A stretch of DNA of 64,000 nt, from contig CAJOIR010000005.1 of assembly GCA_905234685.1 (NCBI GenBank), positions 1,794 through 65,793 on the forward strand, given 5' to 3'. Within the stretch, counting starts at the first letter, position 1. Each line of letters opens with the position of its first letter. A program made the translations under genes and the position numbers. This document shows positions 16,464-23,456 of this stretch, piece by piece. The notes beneath the pieces are model-generated. The model made no database searches. It saw only the letters and a program-made list of their open reading frames with translations, and was not told the origin of the DNA. Source of the DNA: Paludibacteraceae bacterium. Its GTDB lineage: Bacteria; Bacteroidota; Bacteroidia; Bacteroidales; Paludibacteraceae.

Positions 16464-19286
16464 ATGTCTTTCTTTAGTAAAATATTCAAATCCTCCAAAC
16501 CAGTCTTTACTACAACGGCACAATCTCCCGAACATGAGGTTGTGCTACGTTTTGAGAAGGATTTAAAGAAACTGTTAGAAAGTGACGAATACATTTCTCG
16601 AAGAGAGTACATTCAATTATACAATTCCGCGCAAAAGACGGCAGAAATTTTTTTAAATCTTGCACGTACAAATACACTTACATACTATTGCAACGAGCAT
16701 CATATAAACCCCAAGCAGATACAGATATTTCTTGACCATGTTGAGAATTTGGGAAAGATTGACGGCAATCTGTTAATTAGCGAGCATAATGCGAATTTTA
16801 TTCGTCAGCACATGGTTTCGGATAAGACGTATCTTGATAATGTGCTGAAAAATGTAGATCCTGCTATTATTCTTGATGCAGAACAACGCCGTGTCGTTCT
16901 CTCCGATGAAGATTACACCCTTGTTGTTGCTGGCGCAGGTTCTGGAAAAACCACAACAATAGCCGCGAAAGTGAAATATCTTGTTGACAAAAAAGACATC
17001 AAACCTGAGCAAATTCTTGTTATTTCATATACAAACAAAGCCGTTGGAGAATTGCGCGACAAAATCAATAAGGCATTGAACATTCCTTGTCCTATTACAA
17101 CTTTTCACAAGACAGGATACGCCATCCTCCGAAAACAGGATGACACACGTAAAACCGTGGTGGATAGTGGTTTTATGTTCAATGTAATTAACAACTATTT
17201 GAAAAGCAATATCCTTGAACAACCATCTTTGGTTGATAAACTGATATTATTCTTCGGTTCTTATTTTGATGCGCCATTTGAAGGTGACAACCTTAAGGAT
17301 TTCTTTAATTATATTTCTAAAGCTGATTTCACTACGCTTAAAGGTAATATTAACGAATACACGCAACAAGTAATAGACAAACGTACAGGCAAGTGCATTA
17401 CTATAGCCCATGAAACTATGCGCTCGGCTCAAGAGGTCAAACTTGCTAATTTCTTATATCTTAACCAAATAGATTATATATACGAAGCACCATACGAATA
17501 CAATATTGCTCATTCACACAAACAATATACTCCTGACTTTAAAATCAAACAAGGAGACAAAATTGCATATATTGAGCATTTTGGGATATCAGAGGACGGC
17601 ACTAACAACAGATACAATGCGGAAGAACTGAAACAATACAAACAAGCAATTAGAGACAAAATCAAACTTCATAGCCAACACAAGACAGACTTGATATATA
17701 CTTTTGCCCGATATAATGACCGACGTGATTTCTTGGACCATCTGGGTGAACTATTGGAAGCGAGAGGTTTTAAACTGCATCCGCGTCCGGCGAGAGAGGT
17801 TTTTGAGAAAATTGTTGGCACTGAAGAAAATAAATATATCCTGCGTTTAGTCAATCTGATTTGTACTTTTATTCAGAACTTTAAGGTAAACGGATATGTT
17901 ATTAACGATTTCTACCGTTTCGAGAATCAAGCGAAAAATGAACGCAACAAACTTTTCTTGACATTATGCGAGCAATGTTATCATGAGTATTCAAAACGAT
18001 TAAAAGAACGCCATGCAGTGGATTTTGAAGATATGATAAACGACTCCGCCCGCATATTGCGCGAACAACATGAGAAGAAAATACCTATAGACTTCAAATA
18101 CATTATTGTTGACGAGTATCAGGACATCTCACGTCAACGCTTCGATTTGACAAAAGAATTGAGCAAGATGTGCGATGCCAAAATTGTTGCAGTAGGAGAT
18201 GACTGGCAGTCTATTTATGCTTATGCAGGCTCTGATATAACGTTGTTTACACATTTTAAAGAAACAATGGGTTATGGTTTGGAATTGCAAATAACTAAAA
18301 CCTATCGTAATTCACAGGAAGTCATAGATATTGCAGGCGGTTTTATTCAGAAAAATAAATCTCAACTACGTAAGAAACTTGTTTCTCCTAAGCATATTAA
18401 GAACCCTGTAATTGTAGAAACATACACAGAAGATGTTGATCGTAAGAAATACGAAGGCAAAGGCGGCAGATATTTTATGATAGGCAAGACCATAGAGAAA
18501 TTAGTTGGTGAAATATTATTTGAAAAACCGGATTCCTCAATATTGTTATTGGGTAGATATGGTTTTGACGCTTATAATCTGTGTCGTTCCGGAGATTTTT
18601 TATATGACGAGAAAACAGGAAATGTAAGTGCTATCAAATATCCTAACAAAGTTTTGGAATTTCTAACCGTGCATCGTGCAAAAGGTTTGGGATATGACAA
18701 TGTTATTATAATAAATGCGCGCAATGAGGTTTATGGTTTCCCGTCACAAGTACAAGATGACCCTGTGCTGAAATATGTTGTCAAGGTTGACCATTCCATT
18801 GAATATGCGGAAGAGCGTCGTCTATTCTATGTGGCATTAACGCGAACTAAGAACCGTGTATATCTTGCTGTACCAGAAAAACATCCATCGGAGTTCGTCA
18901 TGGAATTATTAAAAGAATATTCGACCGTTACATTGCGTGGCAATTTAGCACCGGAAAATGAAATAGCACCTATTCAAATGAAACGCTGTCCAGTTTGCGG
19001 CTATCCTTTGCAACTGCGATACAAAGCTGCATATGGTTTACGATTATGGATATGTTCTAACGAGCCGGAGATTTGCGACTTTATGACCAATAACCTAAAA
19101 GGCGGGGATTTACCAATTATCAAATGTGACAACTGCAAAGACGGTTATCTTGTTATAAAAGAAAGTAACAGCAAAAACAGCGATGGAGAACCTTTTTTAG
19201 GATGTACTAACTACAAACCTGACGGCACAGGTTGTAATAACATGCTATCTCGTCACGACTATTTTTCTCGTTTCGGCAAAAAATAA
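16464..19286 (+). CDS. Helicase IV-like (UvrD/Rep superfamily 1) DNA helicase with a PD-(D/E)xK-like insert and two C-terminal topoisomerase-type zinc ribbons
   Basis: SF1 helicase motifs are present: VVAGAGSGKTTT (I), IIVDEYQDIS (II), VGDDWQSIY (III), TKTYRNSQEV (IV), TVHRAKGLGYDNVIII (V) and RRLFYVALTRTKNRVYL (VI). The N-terminal region ending NANFIRQHM...LDAEQRRVVLSDEDYTLVVAGAGSGKTT resembles the E. coli HelD layout. An insert between motifs I and II contains SAQEVKLANFLYLNQIDYIYE...YTPDFKI....IAYIEHFG. That pattern is compatible with a Vsr/DUF559-type nuclease core (inference). The C-terminus has two Cys4 clusters: CPVCGYPL...WICSN...CDF and CDNCKDGYL...FLGCTNYKPDGTGCNN. Confidence 0.85.
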   Translation: MSFFSKIFKSSKPVFTTTAQSPEHEVVLRFEKDLKKLLESDEYISRREYIQLYNSAQKTAEIFLNLARTNTLTYYCNEHHINPKQIQIFLDHVENLGKIDGNLLISEHNANFIRQHMVSDKTYLDNVLKNVDPAIILDAEQRRVVLSDEDYTLVVAGAGSGKTTTIAAKVKYLVDKKDIKPEQILVISYTNKAVGELRDKINKALNIPCPITTFHKTGYAILRKQDDTRKTVVDSGFMFNVINNYLKSNILEQPSLVDKLILFFGSYFDAPFEGDNLKDFFNYISKADFTTLKGNINEYTQQVIDKRTGKCITIAHETMRSAQEVKLANFLYLNQIDYIYEAPYEYNIAHSHKQYTPDFKIKQGDKIAYIEHFGISEDGTNNRYNAEELKQYKQAIRDKIKLHSQHKTDLIYTFARYNDRRDFLDHLGELLEARGFKLHPRPAREVFEKIVGTEENKYILRLVNLICTFIQNFKVNGYVINDFYRFENQAKNERNKLFLTLCEQCYHEYSKRLKERHAVDFEDMINDSARILREQHEKKIPIDFKYIIVDEYQDISRQRFDLTKELSKMCDAKIVAVGDDWQSIYAYAGSDITLFTHFKETMGYGLELQITKTYRNSQEVIDIAGGFIQKNKSQLRKKLVSPKHIKNPVIVETYTEDVDRKKYEGKGGRYFMIGKTIEKLVGEILFEKPDSSILLLGRYGFDAYNLCRSGDFLYDEKTGNVSAIKYPNKVLEFLTVHRAKGLGYDNVIIINARNEVYGFPSQVQDDPVLKYVVKVDHSIEYAEERRLFYVALTRTKNRVYLAVPEKHPSEFVMELLKEYSTVTLRGNLAPENEIAPIQMKRCPVCGYPLQLRYKAAYGLRLWICSNEPEICDFMTNNLKGGDLPIIKCDNCKDGYLVIKESNSKNSDGEPFLGCTNYKPDGTGCNNMLSRHDYFSRFGKK

Positions 19287-19312
19287 TGTATCTTTTACTC
19301 TTTATTTCGTTT

Positions 19313-19358
19313 TTGCAGTGTCAACCTCTAATGATTCACGCTGTAAAGATACAACGGC
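19313..19358 (-). repeat. Left arm of a ~46-bp imperfect inverted repeat bounding a repeat-dense non-coding segment
   Basis: The reverse complement reads gccgttgtatctttacagcgtgaatcattagaggttgacactgcaa. It matches 20118-20163 at 38 of 46 positions by hand alignment. It contains the promoter-like TATCTTTA facing leftward (outward). Confidence 0.85.
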
Positions 19359-19487
19359 TTCGTGCCTGTCTCACTTGGCAAATCGCGTCTCCGCACCGAA
19401 ACCGCCGCCGTTGTCGCCTGCCACACCGCCATTCTCAAGAATGAAACATGAAACTGTCTAACTGGCTAATTGGGTAATTGTGAAACC

Positions 19488-19519
19488 GGTTAACCTTTTA
19501 GCCTTTTGCCTCTTAACCC
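19488..19519. repeat. Word array, CCTCTTAACC family
   Basis: The sequence is ggttaaccttttagccttttgcctcttaaccc. It is in reverse orientation relative to the array at 19989-20045. Confidence 0.8.
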
Positions 19520-19524
19520 ACACT

Positions 19525-19556
19525 CCCTCTCTTGAGGAGAGGGCCGGGGAGAGGTT
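19525..19556 (+). repeat. GC-rich palindromic element, copy 1
   Basis: The element is ccctctcttgaggagagggccggggagaggtt. The stem ccctctc/gagaggg closes a 5-nt loop, followed by a second ggagagg arm. It is 31/32 identical to 19639-19670. Confidence 0.9.
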
Positions 19557-19574
19557 ACATCCGCCTATCATGAT

Positions 19575-19608
19575 GTGTACAAATGTACTAATGTACCAAA
19601 ATGTGGAA
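19575..19608 (+). repeat. GTGTACAAATGTAC-type repeat, copy a
   Basis: The sequence is gtgtacaaatgtactaatgtaccaaaatgtggaa. A direct copy lies at 19953-19986 and an inverted copy at 19718-19740. Confidence 0.85.
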
Positions 19609-19636
19609 CTGGGGAATTGGCTAACTGTGAAACTTG

Positions 19637-19670
19637 CCCCCTCTCCTGAGGAGAGGGCCGGGGAGAGGTT
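19637..19670 (+). repeat. GC-rich palindromic element, copy 2
   Basis: The sequence is ccccctctcctgaggagagggccggggagaggtt, a direct repeat of 19525-19556. Confidence 0.9.
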
Positions 19671-19717
19671 GTAAAAAAAGAAACTTGATGTTCACTGTAA
19701 CTTTGATATGACTCTTT

Positions 19718-19740
19718 GGTACATTCGTACATTTGTACAT
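19718..19740 (-). repeat. GTGTACAAATGTAC-type repeat, inverted copy
   Basis: The reverse complement of ggtacattcgtacatttgtacat is atgtacaaatgtacgaatgtacc. It forms a 22-bp inverted repeat (21/22) with 19577-19598, enclosing palindrome copy 2. Confidence 0.85.
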
Positions 19741-19768
19741 AAAAAAACATGCTGATATATGCAAAAAA

Positions 19769-19802
19769 CGGTCAAAATCGGTCAAAAATCGGTCAAAAAA
19801 TC
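19769..19802. repeat. Three tandem units with expanding A-tract (10, 11 and 12 nt)
   Basis: The sequence is cggtcaaaat cggtcaaaaat cggtcaaaaaat c. It is followed by related gggcaaaat / ggcaaaaat / gggcaaaaaa words at 19888-19930. Confidence 0.85.
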
Positions 19803-19952
19803 TTTCTTATCAAGGGGGTAGGGGGATTAATTCTTTTATATTATATATATAATATAATTTCTCTCTCTTATATACGCGCGCGAGAAGAGGGCAAAATCGG
19901 GTTATTTTTTGGCAAAAATAGGGCAAAAAACCACAAATTCGCATATAAAGTT

Positions 19953-19986
19953 GTGTACAAATGTACGAATGTACAAAATTGTGGAA
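19953..19986 (+). repeat. GTGTACAAATGTAC-type repeat, copy b
   Basis: The sequence is gtgtacaaatgtacgaatgtacaaaattgtggaa. Confidence 0.85.
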
Positions 19987-19988
19987 TA

Positions 19989-20045
19989 GGTTAAGAGGTT
20001 AAAAGGCTAAAGGCTAAGAGGTTAAAAGGCTAATAGGTTAAGAGG
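19989..20045. repeat. Word array, GGTTAAGAGG/GGCTAAAAGG family
   Basis: The sequence is ggttaagaggttaaaaggctaaaggctaagaggttaaaaggctaataggttaagagg. Confidence 0.85.
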
Positions 20046-20117
20046 GGAACTGGGGAATTTGTCAATGGTAAGAATTTGACAAAAAATTTGACATTATTGT
20101 CAAACGTGGTGCGAAAA

Positions 20118-20163
20118 GGCGTTGTATCTTTGCAGCGTGAATCGAGAGAGGTTCACGCTACAA
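20118..20163 (+). repeat. Right arm of the ~46-bp inverted repeat, with an orphan outward-facing -7 box and hairpin
   Basis: The sequence is ggcgttgtatctttgcagcgtgaatcgagagaggttcacgctacaa. TATCTTTG at 20125-20132 is a perfect TAnnTTTG match. It is followed by the hairpin agcgtgaa / ttcacgct. No plus-strand gene lies downstream; only the 3' end of radA does. Confidence 0.85.
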
Positions 20164-20224
20164 AAAAACAAAATGGCCATTAGAATATGTTGAACAAAAA
20201 AACACAGACGACAAAAGGATATCG

Positions 20225-21580
20225 TCATTTTTTGATTATGAGTTCTCTGAACGCTTCTGATACTTTTTTGACGGGTATGATGTTGATATCCGTGTTGCTT
20301 ATAGAAATTTGCTGCCCGTCAGGAATGATGATTTTCTTGAATCCGAGTTTCTGCGCCTCAATGATGCGTTGCTCGATGCGGTTGACAGGTCTGAGTTCTC
20401 CGGCAAGTCCGACCTCTCCTGTTAGACACACTCCCTCCTGTACGGGAATATCCATGTTAGAGGACAGTACGGCAGCGAGTACAGCCAGGTCGATAGCGGG
20501 GTCGTTGACATGTATGCCTCCAGCGATATTGAGGAAGACGTCTTTCTGTGGCAGCCGGAATCCGACGCGTTTCTCGAGAACGGCGAGAAGCATGTTGAGG
20601 CGCCGTGAGTCGAACCCTGTGCTTGAACGCTGCGGTGTCCCGTATGCGGCGGTACTGACGAGCGCCTGTACCTCTATGAGGAAGGGTCGGATGCCCTCAA
20701 TAGCGGCAGCGATGGCGATACCCGACAAGTCGGCGTGGTTTCGGCTTAAAAGGAGTTCGCTCGGGTTGCATACCTCCCGGAGTCCGTCCTGTCTCATCTC
20801 GAAGATGCCGAGTTCGGATGTACTGCCAAAGCGGTTCTTCTGTGCACGCAGAATCCGGTACATGTAATGCTGGTCTCCCTCGAAGGATAGCACAGTGTCA
20901 ACGATATGCTCAAGCACTTTAGGCCCTGCGAGACTGCCTTCTTTGTTGATATGTCCGACGATGATGAAAGGTGTGTTGGTCTGTTTGGCAACGCGCATAA
21001 TCTGCGAAGCGCACTCTCTGACCTGCGAGATGCTGCCGACGGTACTCTCCAGAGCCTCGAGACCGATGGTCTGTATGGAGTCGATGACGACGATTTCGGG
21101 CTTTAGTTTGCTGACATGCTCAAGAATCTTCTCGAGACTTGTCTCGCTGACGATATAGAGGTTGCCCGGTTCTCCCGCGAGCCTCCCGGCACGCATCTTG
21201 AGTTGTCTGACACTCTCTTCTCCCGATGCATAGAGTGTCTTCATCTCACCCAGTTGCATGAGAACCTGGAGGGCGAGGGTTGACTTGCCGATGCCGGGTT
21301 CGCCGCCTATCAGTACCAGACTGCCCGGCACGAGACCACCTCCCAACACGCGGTTGAGTTCGGCGTTGTGCATGTCGATACGCTCCTCCGGCGAGGCTTC
21401 GACCTGACTGATGAGCAGCGGTTGTGCGCCGGAAGCCAGGTTCACAGCTTTGCCTTTGGGCGTAACATCGACGAGTTCTTCGACGTATGTTCCCCATTCG
21501 CCGCATTGGGGGCAACGCCCAATCATCTTAGGTGCCTTTGCCCCGCAACTCTGGCATACATATACGGTTTGTTGTTTCAT
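20225..21580 (-). CDS. radA: DNA repair protein RadA/Sms
   Basis: It has the N-terminal zinc ribbon CQSCGAKAPKMIGRCPQCGEWGT and Walker A GGEPGIGKST. The KNRFG motif and a Lon-protease-like C-terminal domain are also present. Confidence 0.95.
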   Translation of the reverse strand: MKQQTVYVCQSCGAKAPKMIGRCPQCGEWGTYVEELVDVTPKGKAVNLASGAQPLLISQVEASPEERIDMHNAELNRVLGGGLVPGSLVLIGGEPGIGKSTLALQVLMQLGEMKTLYASGEESVRQLKMRAGRLAGEPGNLYIVSETSLEKILEHVSKLKPEIVVIDSIQTIGLEALESTVGSISQVRECASQIMRVAKQTNTPFIIVGHINKEGSLAGPKVLEHIVDTVLSFEGDQHYMYRILRAQKNRFGSTSELGIFEMRQDGLREVCNPSELLLSRNHADLSGIAIAAAIEGIRPFLIEVQALVSTAAYGTPQRSSTGFDSRRLNMLLAVLEKRVGFRLPQKDVFLNIAGGIHVNDPAIDLAVLAAVLSSNMDIPVQEGVCLTGEVGLAGELRPVNRIEQRIIEAQKLGFKKIIIPDGQQISISNTDINIIPVKKVSEAFRELIIKK

Positions 21581-21592
21581 GATTGCTTATAA

Positions 21593-21635
21593 AGACCGCT
21601 ACGCTGACGAATTTACTCTGTCAGTGCAGCGGTCT
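21593..21635 (-). terminator. Terminator-like hairpin after the phosphoglucomutase gene
   Basis: agaccgct (21593-21600) pairs with agcggtct (21628-21635), with an inner ctgac/gtcag stem. On the minus strand it lies 6 nt after the stop at 21641 and is followed by ttataag, a weak U-tract. Confidence 0.5.
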
Positions 21636-21640
21636 GAATA

Positions 21641-23425
21641 CTATATCCCAAGTGCCGCTTTGATGTCCGGAACGCGTGCCTCGGCAAGAGCGGTGAAACG
21701 CTCGTAGTCCTTGCCTGTGAACGGCTTCGGAGTGCCGGCAACGGGTATCTCGAAGTAGAACTTGATCTTCGGCTCGGTTCCGGACGGGCGAACGCTGACT
21801 TTCAAGCCTCCTTCGGTGAAGTACTGAAGCACGTTGCTTGTGGCATTCAGTGGCATCTCAATCTTCTCCTTAATCCATTTGCCGTCTTTAAGGACTTGTT
21901 GCTCAAGCAGTTTGAAGTCCTTGATTTTAACCACCTTCTCGCCTGCGATACTCTGTGGCGGGTTGTTGCGGTAACCAACCATCATAGCCTGAATCTCTTC
22001 GGCGCCTGTCTTGCCCGGACGGACAACATTGATGGTGGTCTCACGCTGGAATCCGTAGTCCTCGTAGATCTTAAGCAGGTAGTCGTAGAGCGTCATGCCG
22101 TTGTCCTTGGCGTAGGCGGCAATCTCGCAGATGAGGCATATAGCCGAAGGTGAGCATTTGTCGCGTACGGCATCGTAGGGTAGGAATCCGAACGACTCCT
22201 CACCGCCGCCGATGTATTTGCGTTTGCCTTCCCACATGCGGATACGGTTGGCAATCCACTTGAATCCTGTGTATTCGTCGGTCAGTGTAACGCCCTGTGC
22301 ATCTGCAATCTTGCGTATTAGTTCGGAGGTTACGATGGTCTTGACGATATACATGTCGGGACGCATCTTGCCCAGACGCTTCATGTTGTTGATGATGTAG
22401 TAGTGGTACATGATGTTGGTCTGGTTGCCGTTGATGATAACCCACTCACCCTTGTCGTTGCGGCATACGATAGCGATACGGTCGGCATCTGGGTCGGATG
22501 CGATGACGAGGTCGGCACCGAGTTTCGTTCCGAGGTTCATGCCCATCGTCATAGCCTCTGCGTTCTCGGGGTTGGGGGAGACCACTGTGGGGAAATTGCC
22601 GTCGATAACCATCTGTTCGGGAACGACATGTATGTTCTCGAAGCCCCATGAACGCAGGCACATCGGCACAATTTGACGGCCGGCACCGTGCATAGGCGTA
22701 TAGACAATGTTGAGGTCTTTCTGTCGGAGGATAGACTCCTGGTCAATCATGACTTCCTTGACAGCCATCATGTAGTCGTAGTCCATCTCGCCGCCGATAA
22801 TCTCGATGAGGTCCTTGTTAGCCTCCCAGCGTACATCAGCCATCGTGACTTTGTTTACTTCGTCGATGATGCCTTGGTCATGCGGCTGGAGAACCTGCGA
22901 ACCGTCTTCCCAATAAGCCTTGTAGCCGTTGTACTCCTTCGGGTTGTGGCTTGCGGTGACGTTGACGCCGCCCTGGCAATGCAGGTGACGAATGGCGAAA
23001 CTTACTTCGGGTGTTGGCCTGAGACTCTCGAAGAGATATACCTTTATGCCGTTGGCAGAGAAGATGTTGGCCACAGTCTCTGCAAACAGTCGTCCGTTGT
23101 TGCGGCAGTCATGACCAACCACAACAGCCACTCTTCCGTTCTGTACGTTCTCGAAGCCTCCTTCACGCTGAACTTTCAGCATGTAGTTGGCATAACCCTG
23201 GGTAGCCTGTGCCACGATATATTTGTTCATACGGTTCGTACCCGGTCCCATGATACCGCGTAGTCCGCCGGTACCAAATTCCAAAGTACGGTAGAAAGCG
23301 TCGATGAGTTCAGTCTTGTCTTCAGCCTGCATCATCGCCTTTACCTGCTCACGTGTCTGAGCGTCAAACGGCTCACGGGTCCAGACCTCGGCAGCCGCCA
23401 TCACTTGTTTCAGTTCTTCGTTCAT
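21641..23425 (-). CDS. pgm: Phosphoglucomutase / phospho-sugar mutase (alpha-D-phosphohexomutase family)
   Basis: Active-site loop TASHNPKEYNGYK, metal-binding DPDADR, and a length of ~590 aa. Confidence 0.9.
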   Translation of the reverse strand: MNEELKQVMAAAEVWTREPFDAQTREQVKAMMQAEDKTELIDAFYRTLEFGTGGLRGIMGPGTNRMNKYIVAQATQGYANYMLKVQREGGFENVQNGRVAVVVGHDCRNNGRLFAETVANIFSANGIKVYLFESLRPTPEVSFAIRHLHCQGGVNVTASHNPKEYNGYKAYWEDGSQVLQPHDQGIIDEVNKVTMADVRWEANKDLIEIIGGEMDYDYMMAVKEVMIDQESILRQKDLNIVYTPMHGAGRQIVPMCLRSWGFENIHVVPEQMVIDGNFPTVVSPNPENAEAMTMGMNLGTKLGADLVIASDPDADRIAIVCRNDKGEWVIINGNQTNIMYHYYIINNMKRLGKMRPDMYIVKTIVTSELIRKIADAQGVTLTDEYTGFKWIANRIRMWEGKRKYIGGGEESFGFLPYDAVRDKCSPSAICLICEIAAYAKDNGMTLYDYLLKIYEDYGFQRETTINVVRPGKTGAEEIQAMMVGYRNNPPQSIAGEKVVKIKDFKLLEQQVLKDGKWIKEKIEMPLNATSNVLQYFTEGGLKVSVRPSGTEPKIKFYFEIPVAGTPKPFTGKDYERFTALAEARVPDIKAALGI

Positions 23426-23456
23426 GATATAGATATTTTGGGATTAGTATATAGTT

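Noticed and set aside
15831-19455. The shared 12-mer atgaaacatgaa (15835-15846 and 19441-19452) as att-like direct repeats flanking the AT-rich island.
   Set aside because: An exact 12-mer match is expected many times by chance in a 64 kb window. A rough estimate gives on the order of a hundred such pairs. The motif also belongs to a low-complexity word family found elsewhere (46848-46882). This is insufficient evidence for island borders.
19480-19994. Small ORFs 19480..19674(+), 19568..19750(-) and 19749..19994(+) in the repeat-dense spacer.
   Set aside because: Their sequences are translations of the palindromic and word repeats (PSLEERAGERL occurs twice). One start is non-ATG (19480 is GTG) and there is no supporting context. 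They are treated as non-coding.
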